Below are positions 1 to 9,721 of a DNA stretch of 64,000 nucleotides, piece after piece. The stretch spans positions 1-64,000 of the IMG/VR virus record IMGVR_UViG_3300032373_000002; one strand, given 5' to 3'. Under the pieces are notes generated by a model. It worked only from the letters and a program-made list of their open reading frames with translations. It searched no databases and was not told the origin of the DNA. The position numbers were made by a program, and so were the translations under genes. The first letter of the stretch is position 1. Every line of letters begins with the position of its first letter. Source of the DNA: a virus.

Positions 1-18
1 CACGGCGAGGGGTCCTCA

Positions 19-321
19 ATGCTGGAAGACCTTCAGACCGAGATGGGCAAGGTCTATTGGGGGATCCGAGGACCCGAAAAGAAGAGACTCCAGAAGCTCC
101 TCCAGGCCCACCCATTCTGCCCCCACTCCCTGGCTTGGGAACCTCACCAGCGTCTCCTGCCCCTGGAGTTGACTTTCCTCGCGGAGGCCAACTTCTACCA
201 GGGCATGGGGCCAGTGAGGTATCTCAAGTGGGGTGGGGCCACCTACAAGATCCACCTCGAAGAGGACACCCTCCGAGGGCAGGTCTGGGAGTGGGTGGGG
301 GAACACGAATGGGAACCGTAG
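19..321 (+). CDS. small protein, 'PxxLExxLL...GxxYxY' paralog family
   Basis: LPLELTFLAE...GATYKIHLEEDTLRGQV matches neighbours. Confidence 0.6.
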   Translation: MLEDLQTEMGKVYWGIRGPEKKRLQKLLQAHPFCPHSLAWEPHQRLLPLELTFLAEANFYQGMGPVRYLKWGGATYKIHLEEDTLRGQVWEWVGEHEWEP

Positions 322-605
322 GGTGGGAAGTCCTCCGGGACAACGAAATCACAGCCCTGGAGGCGTACCTGCTCGACCAAGGGCTGATGCGGAGCCTGGG
401 ATACCCTGGCCATCCCAGGCTCTTCCCCATGGATGGCCGGGACTACCGCATCGGCTTCCCCATCTTGGCAGGGATGCGCTACAACTACGTTTTGAGGGAG
501 GACGACCTTCAGGGTTGGGTGCGTCGTCGAGTAAAGGATACCGACCCCACCGCGATCGACTTCCACTCGGAGACCTACCGCCAATGGTGGAAAACGCTGT
601 CCTGA
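309..605 (+). CDS. small protein, same paralog family
   Basis: Internal ATG of ORF 57..605; ITALEAYLLD...GMRYNYVLREDDLQGWV. Confidence 0.65.
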   Translation: MGTVGWEVLRDNEITALEAYLLDQGLMRSLGYPGHPRLFPMDGRDYRIGFPILAGMRYNYVLREDDLQGWVRRRVKDTDPTAIDFHSETYRQWWKTLS

Positions 606-781
606 CTCCGTTGGAGGCCCACCTCCTACTTCAAGAATCTAACTCCTTGAAGACCTGCTATCAGCACTTGAACTCGCGGGTCTGGGTGGGGGTCCTCTTC
701 CTCCGAGGTAAGTCGGTAAGCTACATGCTCGACCAGGACTTCTGGACCGGCTTCGCTGACCCGTTCCCGAAGCGCCGGTAA
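584..781 (+). CDS. small protein, same paralog family
   Basis: Internal ATG of ORF 233..781; LTPLEAHLLL...GKSVSYMLDQDFWTGFA. Confidence 0.6.
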   Translation: MVENAVLTPLEAHLLLQESNSLKTCYQHLNSRVWVGVLFLRGKSVSYMLDQDFWTGFADPFPKRR

Positions 782-805
782 AGTAATCCCACGAGCCTCA
801 CCGAA

Positions 806-1105
806 GTGATGTTGCCGACTGGCTTGGAGTGCGCACTCCTCAACTTGGAGGGGACCGGCAACCCCCACCAGGACGTGTACAACCCCCTACACCGGACCTT
901 AGACATAGGCGGGGAAGACGCTTACTGGGTGGGGTGGATGAAGGTCAGCGGGCAGGGCTACTACTACATGATCCAGGTGCCCACTCTGCGGGGGTGGGCT
1001 GAGGCCACTAACGACCCCCCAGAGCTGGCGTTCGACCGGGTCTGTATGATGTGGCTGGAACCTGCTGCCATGAAAGATGCACCTTGGAGGGCGGTCGTTT
1101 CTTGA
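806..1105 (+). CDS. small protein, same paralog family
   Basis: PTGLECALLN...GQGYYYMIQVPTLRGWA. Confidence 0.65.
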   Translation: MMLPTGLECALLNLEGTGNPHQDVYNPLHRTLDIGGEDAYWVGWMKVSGQGYYYMIQVPTLRGWAEATNDPPELAFDRVCMMWLEPAAMKDAPWRAVVS

Positions 1106-1144
1106 CCCGCTGGACCCCCTGACGCGAAGACCCCCCAAGGGCGC

Positions 1145-1486
1145 GTGTTCCACTTGACCTGGAAAGCAATGATGGGAAGAATGACACCCACCCCGCTGGA
1201 GTGCTGGCTGCTCGAAGAGGAATGGGGTCCTTGGGCTCCATTCAACCTCGCAGGGATTGGAGGTTCCTATGCCGCAGGTTCAGCCTTTGTAGAGGGGCAA
1301 CACTGGTACTACCTGCTCGACCGGAAGACCTTCCAAGGAGAGGTAACTCCCATCCCAGAGGGGAAAGACCCCAGCGAGTACGCACGCGAGCGGGTGGGCG
1401 AACTCATGAGCCTCGGAAAGGACCTCTTGTGCTACATAAAAAGGATGCCGAAGAGGGTGGTCGAATACCGCTACCGAACCCTTTAG
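1145..1486 (+). CDS. small protein, same paralog family (true start probably 1169-1181)
   Basis: PTPLECWLLE...GQHWYYLLDRKTFQGEV. Confidence 0.65.
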   Translation: MFHLTWKAMMGRMTPTPLECWLLEEEWGPWAPFNLAGIGGSYAAGSAFVEGQHWYYLLDRKTFQGEVTPIPEGKDPSEYARERVGELMSLGKDLLCYIKRMPKRVVEYRYRTL

Positions 1487-1686
1487 AGTGCTGGCTGCGG
1501 GCAGAGTACCGCTTGGACTTCTTCTGGCCCGATCCTGTAACGAAGGTCAACCGGAGAATGTCGACGGGGGAGTCCCACGTCGGTGCCCTGACGAGACCGA
1601 GACACCCTGGGGGGATGCATGGGTCCGACGGCCTTAGAATGCTTTCTGCTGAGCGCTCGACGCTGGTACGACACGGGAATCCGTAG
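1465..1686 (+). pseudogene. degenerate copy of the paralog family
   Basis: PNPLECWLR motif present, but no ATG/GTG nearby and no C-terminal YxY motif. Confidence 0.35.
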
Positions 1687-1834
1687 CACTAAGTTGTCCG
1701 AGAACCAGTGCGGATTCGTCGTGGTTGGCGGCATAGAGTACTGGTATAGTATCCAGCTCTCCACCGGGACCGGAGACGTCGTGCCCTTCCCACAGAACCA
1801 CGGACCCGACTACTTCCTCTGCGGAGAAGAGTAG
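1619..1834 (+). CDS. small protein, same paralog family
   Basis: PTALECFLLS...GIEYWYSIQLSTGTGDV. Confidence 0.65.
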   Translation: MGPTALECFLLSARRWYDTGIRSTKLSENQCGFVVVGGIEYWYSIQLSTGTGDVVPFPQNHGPDYFLCGEE

Positions 1835-1872
1835 TTCGGCTATCCCACCCCCCTAATAGTGACCGGAGGTGG

Positions 1873-2190
1873 ATGTGGGTAGCCTTCATGGCGCTTAAAG
1901 GCGGACGCAAGATCGAAGTAGAGGGGCTGTCCTTCCGATGGACCCTCAAGCCCCACCGCAAAGAACCTGGCTGCGCGCACGTTGCTGTCCAGGAAGAGGC
2001 TGACCGACCTGGTCAGCCTCTTGTTGCATGGGTCATGGCCCCCAAAGGCAAGCGCCCCTGGTTCAGCCCAAAGGACGTCCGAAGGCTCATCGAGCTGGCG
2101 CTGGGACAGGGGTGGGACCCCTCTTCCCGAAAACGGTTCACGTGCCCTGCGGGGGTCGAGTTCCGGGGCTGCACCAGCTATTTCCGGTGA
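1873..2190 (+). CDS. hypothetical protein
   Basis: GGAGGT RBS before ATG; compact ORF. Confidence 0.6.
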   Translation: MWVAFMALKGGRKIEVEGLSFRWTLKPHRKEPGCAHVAVQEEADRPGQPLVAWVMAPKGKRPWFSPKDVRRLIELALGQGWDPSSRKRFTCPAGVEFRGCTSYFR

Positions 2191-2205
2191 TGGTAACCGA
2201 GGTCT

Positions 2206-2505
2206 ATGGCCGTTGCCCCATCAGCGCTGGAGCTTCGACTCCTCTCAGAAGCGCGGAAGGGTAGTCCCGGGACGGGCCACTCCAGGTTCTACTGCGGGGC
2301 GGCGACCATGGTCGCCGGGGCCGCTTTCTGGGAAGGGCAGCAGTACCTGTACGTCCTGGACCTCAGCGACCTGTCGGGATCCATAGAAGAACCCGACCAG
2401 ATCCTATGGGGGTACGGCTTGCTGAATCGCCTGAGCTGGGTGGCTGCCGCATGGCAGAACGACTACTACATGGACTGCCGGAGTCAGCCGTACCCCGCCC
2501 AATGA
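2206..2505 (+). CDS. small protein, same paralog family
   Basis: PSALELRLLS...GQQYLYVLDLSDLSGSI; GAGG RBS. Confidence 0.65.
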   Translation: MAVAPSALELRLLSEARKGSPGTGHSRFYCGAATMVAGAAFWEGQQYLYVLDLSDLSGSIEEPDQILWGYGLLNRLSWVAAAWQNDYYMDCRSQPYPAQ

Positions 2506-2544
2506 GTTGATTATCCTCCCGGACGATGAGGGAGGATCCAATCG

Positions 2545-3375
2545 ATGAAGCTCTTGAAGCATGGGTCGAAGGGCGACGACGTCCGCAAGCTCCAGCAGCT
2601 GCTGGTCTTGGAAGGCTACGACATCTCCATCGACGGCCACTTCGGAAAGAAGACCAAGAGGGCGGTCGAGCAGTACCAGGCTTCGCAGGGCCTGATGGTC
2701 GACGGGATCGTCGGCAAGGGCACCTGGGGAGCGCTCCTCAGTGAAGATGGCGAGTGGGTTCCGGTCCCTGCCGCCCTCAAGTACAGTGGGGAGGGGCTTC
2801 CTCCGATCTTAAAGCGGGCCAAGGCCCTCGGATACCAGACCTTCGAGGGCGAGCACCGGATGAACCTGGTGGGCATCCGCTCCCCCGAGCTGGAGGCCAA
2901 CTCCTTCGACGACTATCTGGTCTGCTGCTGGAAAGAAGACGGAGAGTGGCACCAGAAGGTCTGGCCTATCACGACGGACCCCGGCACCTACTGGATGCTC
3001 CACTTCAACGAGGACCGGGTTTCGGGCACCGCCGTCCTCGTGCCGGGGCAGTACTTCGCCCACAAGATCGACCTCCACTCCGGATCCTACAAGGCGATCT
3101 GCCAGCGTCTCGCCAAGGTCCGGGTCTACCGGGACGCCAACCGCGACAACCGCCTCCACACCGATGACTCCACCATCAGCGAGGGGTACTTCGGCATCAA
3201 CATTCACCGGTCATCCAAGAGCGGTGAGAGCACCAAGGTCGAGAAGTGGTCGGCGGGATGTCAAGTCCACGCCCGCCTCGCGTGCTTCGAGGAGATGATG
3301 GGGCTGGCCCACCGACAGGTCCGCGAGACCGGGGAAGAGATGTTCCCCTACACCCTCTTGAGGCAGTGGTTCTGA
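2545..3375 (+). CDS. endolysin: PG_binding_1 domain plus L,D-transpeptidase(YkuD)-like catalytic domain
   Basis: LKHGSKGDDVRKLQ..L...IDGHFGKKT..AV..YQ...GL.VDGIVG..TW is a PG-binding repeat; C-terminal GINIH...WSAGCQV; GGAGG RBS. Confidence 0.8.
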   Translation: MKLLKHGSKGDDVRKLQQLLVLEGYDISIDGHFGKKTKRAVEQYQASQGLMVDGIVGKGTWGALLSEDGEWVPVPAALKYSGEGLPPILKRAKALGYQTFEGEHRMNLVGIRSPELEANSFDDYLVCCWKEDGEWHQKVWPITTDPGTYWMLHFNEDRVSGTAVLVPGQYFAHKIDLHSGSYKAICQRLAKVRVYRDANRDNRLHTDDSTISEGYFGINIHRSSKSGESTKVEKWSAGCQVHARLACFEEMMGLAHRQVRETGEEMFPYTLLRQWF

Positions 3376-3527
3376 GGAACAGGGGTCGCGTTCCTTCAGA
3401 CTTCTAAAGGAGCCTGTATTCCTCGACTGCGACCTCACTGGAGCCCTGTTCCAGGACGGGTTTGAACCGACTCGCTGACCCCGCGACTACAGGGGTACAA
3501 TTCCGCCCATAAGGGCAGGAGATAATA

Positions 3528-4628
3528 ATGAAACTCAGTCAGCTCAAGAAGGTTCTTGAGCCGCTTCGGCGGTTCGGGAACGAAGAAGAAGTACTCGAGA
3601 TCGAGACCGAAGCGGGCACCATTAAGGCAGTGCTGAGAGCACTGCTCCCTTCGGAAGAGACTCACTGCAACCAGTTCGCACGGGACTTCCTGGAACAAGT
3701 CATGGAAGAGGAGGGGCTGGCCCCGACCGACAACATGCCGAAGGATGTCGGCCTACGCTACCTCGACGCCTTCCGTACCGAAGTAGTCTCCTACGCCCTG
3801 GTGGAAATCGGGAGCACTGACCTCCGACGGGTAGCCGAGATCGAAGACGACGAGGGGATGAACATCCCACGTCAGGTCGCGCTGCGAAACCTCATCGAAG
3901 AGGGCTGGTCGCGGAGCATGCTCACGATCGCCTTCAGCCGGTATGGGGACCTGGTCTCTCGGATCGCCCAGAAGGCCGAGAAGATCGCCAAGGACTCCTT
4001 GGAGGACCTGGACGTTCGAATCCAGGTCGCCGAGAAGCGCCTGGAGAACCTGAAGCGCGAGCGCGGGCGTCGCGCTCAGGGTGACCCCTCGATCACTGCG
4101 GAGCAGATCCGGAACCTCGTCTCGGCAGGGGAAGCATTCGAGAAGGAGATCGAAGAGGGCATCGAGGTCGCACAGGAGCTCCGCGAGCGGGCCGATGCCC
4201 TCGCCCATGACCGAGAAGTTCCGGAACCCGAGCCCGAGCCGGAACCCGAGCCCCCCAAGGCCCAGACCAAGGGGCCACCGAGCCCCATTCCGGATCGAGT
4301 CCCACCGCCGAGCCCCAAGCCCCCACCGCCAGGGGTGCAGGACGAGCTGGCAGCCTTGGAGCAGCTTCGGCTGGCTCAAGAGGCCGCAGCACGCCACCGT
4401 CAACAGTCCCTGACGCAGCAAGGAATGAAGGCGGCTACGACGCCCCAGACCTTGACGGGCCCGGATGGGGAAGCCCTCCCGGTTTTCGACCTGGGGGGCA
4501 GCGGTGACGTGACGGTGCTGTCTTCCCGGACGGGTGACAAGAGGCACCCTCAAGACACCCGGCAAGGCAAGCTCGACCCCACCCCTGGTGCTGGAACCCG
4601 CAACCCCAACTTCAAGCCCCGCAAGTAG
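3528..4628 (+). CDS. probable tail assembly chaperone
   Basis: Position two genes upstream of tape measure; acidic, coiled coil, Pro-rich tail; AGGAG RBS. Confidence 0.5.
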   Translation: MKLSQLKKVLEPLRRFGNEEEVLEIETEAGTIKAVLRALLPSEETHCNQFARDFLEQVMEEEGLAPTDNMPKDVGLRYLDAFRTEVVSYALVEIGSTDLRRVAEIEDDEGMNIPRQVALRNLIEEGWSRSMLTIAFSRYGDLVSRIAQKAEKIAKDSLEDLDVRIQVAEKRLENLKRERGRRAQGDPSITAEQIRNLVSAGEAFEKEIEEGIEVAQELRERADALAHDREVPEPEPEPEPEPPKAQTKGPPSPIPDRVPPPSPKPPPPGVQDELAALEQLRLAQEAAARHRQQSLTQQGMKAATTPQTLTGPDGEALPVFDLGGSGDVTVLSSRTGDKRHPQDTRQGKLDPTPGAGTRNPNFKPRK

Positions 4629-4629
4629 G

Positions 4630-5904
4630 GTGACCCAGAACCCGGAGGCTCCTCCCCCTGCCTCGGAGGAGCGCCAGAAATTCATCGACCAGATGAACGA
4701 GCGCATCTCCCAAGAGGAGAGCGACCGGCGGCGCTTCTTGTATCAAGACGTCGAGCGCATCCTGGAGGACGGCTACCTGATCCACCAGGTGAGGGTGGAT
4801 CAGACCCGTCTGCTGTTCCGGAGCTTGGACCGCCCCCAGAGCGCCAAGCTCCGGGCGAGGCTGTTGGGGTGCTCCGCCCAAGAAGCACTGCGGTGGGCGA
4901 TCGCCTCCAGCCTCTGGATGGTGGACGGGCTCGACCTCTGGGAAGACCACGGCTCTAACTCTGCCTACCATGTGATGCAGGAGTGGCTGGCGGATACCCC
5001 GGATGCCCTGATCGAGGTCTTGTACGGGGTGGTCCAGAGCTTTCACTTGCGGTTCGAGCGAGGAGTGGGCCTGGTCGAAGCCTACTGCTACGAGCCCTAT
5101 TCTCGGTCTCAGTGGCGAATGATGGGGCGACCTACCAAGGACATGGGGCAGGGCAACGTCCTCCAGAGGATCTGGGGAGCGTTCAACTACTCCGAAGATC
5201 TCTTCGAGTCGGAGGAGCGGGAGTGGGTCCACACCCGCTCGGTCATGGGCTCCATGAGCAACAAGGCAGCCAAGCACTTACGCGAACAACTGGAGAACTC
5301 CGAGCGAAAAGAAAAAGAGCGTCGGGATCGGGTCATCCAAGATGCAGTCAACCGCCTCATCCACGGAGAGGTCCCCGAGCAGGAGCCCATGGTGGTCACG
5401 GTTGGTGGTCGTGACATCGAGGTCCGCTCCATCATGGGTCCCCAGACCATCTCGGACCTCGAACAAGAGATGCAGAACCTCCGGGAAGGCAAGAAGGACT
5501 ACCACGACATGGTAGTCCAAGAGTACCAAGACCAGATCCGCCGAAACACCGAAAAGCGCAGCCAGGAACGGGAACAGGCCATCCTCGCAGCACGCGCCAA
5601 GGCGGATGCTGCCCTCGAACAGGGTCAAGCCCCCCTGGTTGGATACACGCCCGAACAGCTCAAGGAGCTGGGGGTCGAACGAGGTCGGAAGACTACCGAG
5701 ACCTTCCAACACGCCAGCGCCAAGGAGAACCACCTATACAGCCGTTACTTCGGTCGGGACCTTCGGCCCGGTCAGGTCAAGATTCGAGGTGGTGCCTATC
5801 CCACAGTGCATGACCTGGATGCCCCCTCTAAAGAGGCCTCGAAGAAGCCTTCCCTCCAAGAACAGATCGCCCAGCGCCAGCCGCAACTGAACACTCAGGA
5901 GTAG
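4630..5904 (+). CDS. probable tail assembly chaperone 2
   Basis: GTG start right after previous stop; immediately precedes tape measure. Confidence 0.45.
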   Translation: MTQNPEAPPPASEERQKFIDQMNERISQEESDRRRFLYQDVERILEDGYLIHQVRVDQTRLLFRSLDRPQSAKLRARLLGCSAQEALRWAIASSLWMVDGLDLWEDHGSNSAYHVMQEWLADTPDALIEVLYGVVQSFHLRFERGVGLVEAYCYEPYSRSQWRMMGRPTKDMGQGNVLQRIWGAFNYSEDLFESEEREWVHTRSVMGSMSNKAAKHLREQLENSERKEKERRDRVIQDAVNRLIHGEVPEQEPMVVTVGGRDIEVRSIMGPQTISDLEQEMQNLREGKKDYHDMVVQEYQDQIRRNTEKRSQEREQAILAARAKADAALEQGQAPLVGYTPEQLKELGVERGRKTTETFQHASAKENHLYSRYFGRDLRPGQVKIRGGAYPTVHDLDAPSKEASKKPSLQEQIAQRQPQLNTQE

Positions 5905-5929
5905 GCTGCCTATCTGAAGGCAAAGACTA

Positions 5930-8900
5930 ATGAGTGACCTCAACCTCAAAGCTGTTTTGGATCTCAGCATCGGCTCCATCACGCGCGGACGCTCGGCCGA
6001 GCGCGAGCTGGCGAAGCAATTCGGAGCGGCGGCTGCGGAAGGGGTCCAGAAGGGCTTGAAGGAGGGCACTCGGCGGGCGACTGGGGAGATGGAGCGCGTC
6101 TGGACCAAGCTCCTCGATGCAACCATGGTGGGTGCAGGCAAAGAGCTGCGCAAGACCTTTCAAGAAGGGGCGCGGCTCCAAGAGAAGACGCTCAAGGAGC
6201 TGGCATCCGTCGAGGGTCAGCTCCAGCGAAGTCGGGACGAGTCCGTCAAGAAGGGGCTGCGGGAACGCAAAATTCAGCTCCAGCGCGAGATCAAGCTCCA
6301 AAAGAAAGCCCAGAAGAACCTCCTCGAGAACGCGGAGCGTTCCGCGGAGCGTCGGTTGGAGGTCAACCGCGCCCACGAAGAACGGATGCACAACCTCCGT
6401 ATGGAGAGCGGGGAGAAGTTCGCCAGCCTGATCAACAGCTCCATCAACCTGGATCAGCTCGACCCCTCTTCCTTCGTGGAAAGCATCCTGAGCGGTCTCA
6501 GCTCCGCTGCCACGATGGGGGCCGGAGCATTGGCTGCTGGCGGGAAAGCAGGAGCTGCCGCCTCTCTGGGAACAGCTGCCGCATCGCTCACTGCAGTGGC
6601 AGCCCCCATCGCTGCCCTGGTTGGAGTGTTGACCGCCGCGATGGAAGGCTCTCGGGCCATGAACGCAGCCTTCATGGAGAGCTATTCGGCCGCTGATGTT
6701 CTTGCGGGCAGCTTCGATACGCTCTCTACAGGGGCGGGGGCACTTACCGTCGAGTACAACCAGCTTCAAGTACGGCTGGCGCTGCTGCGACGGGCCAGCA
6801 TCGATTTGGCCTATGACTACAGGATGAGCAAAGAAGAGGTCATCGGCTACACCAACGCGCTGGCCGATGCCGGGTTCACCTTCGGTGAGTTCCGCGATGT
6901 CGTCAAGGGCAGCACCAGTGACATCCAAGCCCTCAGTGATGTGACGCGGGTGGCCATCTTGTCCAGCCAGGGGCTGGGAATCTCGGCCAGTGAGACCTCC
7001 GAGTTCATCAACCGGATGTACCAAGACCTCGGGGCCGATCTGACAGGGATCCAAGGAGCCTTCGGGATGATCTTTAGCGAAGCCCGCAAGGCCGGGATGA
7101 GCACCAAGGACTTCTTCAGCACCATCAACCAGGCTGCCTCGGGCATGGCCCTCTACAACTTCCGCATCGGGGACACGGTCGGGCTGCTGTCAGACATGGT
7201 AGACATCCTCGGGGAGGACCTCGCCAAGGCCAACATCGGCCTGGAGGGTCAGTTCCGAGGTCAGACAATGACCTCCCGCATCAAGTCTACGATGCTCATG
7301 GGAACTGGACGTGCTCAGTCGATCGCCCGTGCAGACGCTCTTGCGCAGGGTCGCCAGATGGGGACCGTGGGTGGCATGGACCTGAGCAGCGAAGCGGGGC
7401 TGCGCCAGCTGGCCAACCTCACCGGACGCGCCTTCCGCGACACCCTGCGCGACGTAGAGGACCCCGCTCAACGACGTCAGCTCATCACGCTCCGAGAGCT
7501 GGCCCAGAGCATGAAGGGGGGGCTGGTCAATGTGGCCGAGAGCCTGGGCAGCTTGAGCAAGACAGGGGAACTGGCTGCTCAGCTCAGCCAGGGAGCAGCC
7601 CTCCTGGGGGGTCGGGGGATCGGCGAAGCCGGGGGGATGCAGCGGGCCATGATCGAGGAAGCCCTGGGGATTTCCGGAGAGCAGTTCGAGATCTTGAAGC
7701 GGCTTGACATCGGCCTCCGCAGCGAGTTCGAGCGGATGCAGGAGAGCGACAAGACCCTGACCATGAGCTTCGAAGAAGCCTTGGCCTCGGGGCTGCTGAG
7801 TCAGAGCGACATGCTCCAACAGACCGCCGAGCTTCAGTACTCCTTGATGGAGCGCACAGCGCAAGAGCAGCTCCGTGAGACCCGCTCCATGACCCAGACC
7901 ATGAGCAACGTGATTGCAGGGCTGCTGGAGAACATCTCCGTAGGCGTCAACCACCTCGTGACCCTGTTCGAGAACTCCTTCCTGTTCAAGGGGGACTCGA
8001 CCCTGGAAGGTCGACGCAGGAGCCTCAGCAACGAAGAGGCGGCACGCTCTGCCCTGGATGCGATCAGCGACGAGCTGCTGAACAAGCGCTCTGCCCTGAC
8101 AGCTGAAGAGGACCCGGCCAAGCGTGCCGCCCTGGCGGAGGAGATCAAGGCCCTCGAAGCCAGCGCCGAGGGTCATCGGGAACGGGTCAGCCGAGAACAG
8201 AAGGTCCGTTCAAGGATCTCGATGGGAGAGTCCCCCGGCGCTGCTCGCCAAGCCGTCGCCGAAGATATGTTCCGCCAACAGTTCGGACAGAGCGCCTCAG
8301 GATACGCTTCCGGCCTCAGCGCAGAGCAGCTGGGAGCCATGGGTATCAGCAAGTATCGAGTGCGGATGGGCGGCGGGGGGATGCCCATGGGTCGCGGCGA
8401 GGCGATGGGGATGCAGGATGTGATCCGCCGCCTCAATGCCGGAGAGATGACCCGCCAAGAGGCGGAGAACCTGGGCTTCGAAGTCGCCCTCAACCCCCTC
8501 CAGCGGCTCAGCGAAGAGCAGATCGAGGTGCTCACCAGTCAGGCGGAAGAGAACCGTAGGCAAGAGCAAAATATCGCAGACAACCAAGAGAAGAAGCAGG
8601 AAGCGACCACTGCTGCGGTGAATCAGCTCGTCGAGACCATGCGCCAAGAGCAGCTGGCCAAGATCACAGGCGCTACCGGACTGAGCGCGCGAAAGCTCCA
8701 GGGCCTGATGCAGCAAGGGTTCAGCGGGGAGCAGCAGATCATCAGTGCTGTCCGAGGAGCTGTCGGAGGGGAAGGGGGCATCACCGAGCGGGAGGCCAAG
8801 GAGTACCTGGGCCTGTTGAACTTGGAGTATGGTGCTCCCATGAACGACTTCATGTACCAAGGGGGCAGGGGCGGTCGAGCACGGGTCACCCCCATCTCCT

Positions 8901-9064
8901 CCCAGGATGACTTCTACGGGGCCAAGCCTGGAGGTCCCGTCCTCGGAGGCAAGGCTCCGGTGACCATCAACATCAACGGCGGGGACGAGGCCCGAGTCTA
9001 CAGGATCGTCAAGGATGTCCTCGACCAGACCGGCTACCGCAACCGCCGCACCTATGGGGGGTGA
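5930..9064 (+). CDS. tail tape measure protein
   Basis: 1044 aa, helical, Ala/Gly-rich with hydrophobic stretch; ends ...VTININGGDEARVY.IVK; position before baseplate genes. Confidence 0.8.
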   Translation: MSDLNLKAVLDLSIGSITRGRSAERELAKQFGAAAAEGVQKGLKEGTRRATGEMERVWTKLLDATMVGAGKELRKTFQEGARLQEKTLKELASVEGQLQRSRDESVKKGLRERKIQLQREIKLQKKAQKNLLENAERSAERRLEVNRAHEERMHNLRMESGEKFASLINSSINLDQLDPSSFVESILSGLSSAATMGAGALAAGGKAGAAASLGTAAASLTAVAAPIAALVGVLTAAMEGSRAMNAAFMESYSAADVLAGSFDTLSTGAGALTVEYNQLQVRLALLRRASIDLAYDYRMSKEEVIGYTNALADAGFTFGEFRDVVKGSTSDIQALSDVTRVAILSSQGLGISASETSEFINRMYQDLGADLTGIQGAFGMIFSEARKAGMSTKDFFSTINQAASGMALYNFRIGDTVGLLSDMVDILGEDLAKANIGLEGQFRGQTMTSRIKSTMLMGTGRAQSIARADALAQGRQMGTVGGMDLSSEAGLRQLANLTGRAFRDTLRDVEDPAQRRQLITLRELAQSMKGGLVNVAESLGSLSKTGELAAQLSQGAALLGGRGIGEAGGMQRAMIEEALGISGEQFEILKRLDIGLRSEFERMQESDKTLTMSFEEALASGLLSQSDMLQQTAELQYSLMERTAQEQLRETRSMTQTMSNVIAGLLENISVGVNHLVTLFENSFLFKGDSTLEGRRRSLSNEEAARSALDAISDELLNKRSALTAEEDPAKRAALAEEIKALEASAEGHRERVSREQKVRSRISMGESPGAARQAVAEDMFRQQFGQSASGYASGLSAEQLGAMGISKYRVRMGGGGMPMGRGEAMGMQDVIRRLNAGEMTRQEAENLGFEVALNPLQRLSEEQIEVLTSQAEENRRQEQNIADNQEKKQEATTAAVNQLVETMRQEQLAKITGATGLSARKLQGLMQQGFSGEQQIISAVRGAVGGEGGITEREAKEYLGLLNLEYGAPMNDFMYQGGRGGRARVTPISSQDDFYGAKPGGPVLGGKAPVTININGGDEARVYRIVKDVLDQTGYRNRRTYGG

Positions 9065-9067
9065 CAG

Positions 9068-9721
9068 ATGAGCCTGCCCGTTTCCGTCTTCAGTGAGACA
9101 TTCCCCGCCCGAGAGGAAGAGGGGTCTTCGGGGGCTGGCAAGCGCCCCTTCATCTTCGATGTCCTCGGCCCAGACCAAGAGACTTCCCTGCTGCCCGAAG
9201 GGGTGAGGCTGGTCTTGAAAGTGAACCCCAAGTCGGTCGGTATCAAGTACGCCAAGCAGATCGAGCGCATCCAAACGGAGGACGGCTTCGTGGAGCAACA
9301 CTGGGGGGACCAACCCACCAACATCTCCATGGAAGCCTCCACCGGAGGGTTCATGCGCCTCTATACAGGGCTGACCTCGACCACCAACGCCGACCGCTAT
9401 GGGGGCTCCCGCCGCGAGACCCTCGGCTATGATTCCTACCTGGACATGCTCGCCCTGTTCCATAACAACGCCAGCATCTACGACCTCAACGGCAAGGTGG
9501 TGATGTCGGGCATCCTCAAGCTCACGTTCGACCAGGGAGTGTACCTGGGGTGGTTCGAAGGGTTCAACCCCACGGAGAGTGCGGACAACCCTTTTCAGTT
9601 CACGATGAGCACGTCTTTCATCATTAAGCGTGAGGTCCAGCGCTGGCGCACTGCGATCCAGTACCCCACGGTGAGCGACACCATCCTCAATCAGCCCGAC
9701 CTGGGCCAGAGCCCTGTATGA
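9068..9721 (+). CDS. tail tube initiator / baseplate protein (paralog 1)
   Basis: LKVNPKSVGIKY.K..T.DGFVEQHWG...STGG; follows tape measure. Confidence 0.6.
   Translation: MSLPVSVFSETFPAREEEGSSGAGKRPFIFDVLGPDQETSLLPEGVRLVLKVNPKSVGIKYAKQIERIQTEDGFVEQHWGDQPTNISMEASTGGFMRLYTGLTSTTNADRYGGSRRETLGYDSYLDMLALFHNNASIYDLNGKVVMSGILKLTFDQGVYLGWFEGFNPTESADNPFQFTMSTSFIIKREVQRWRTAIQYPTVSDTILNQPDLGQSPV

Noticed and set aside
4220-4330. Short DNA repeats CCGGAACCCGAG
   Set aside because: They simply encode a low-complexity PEPEPE/Pro-rich linker.
3528-5904. G/GT-type programmed frameshift between the tail chaperones
   Set aside because: The second gene has its own GTG just after the first stop, and I saw no slippery heptamer.
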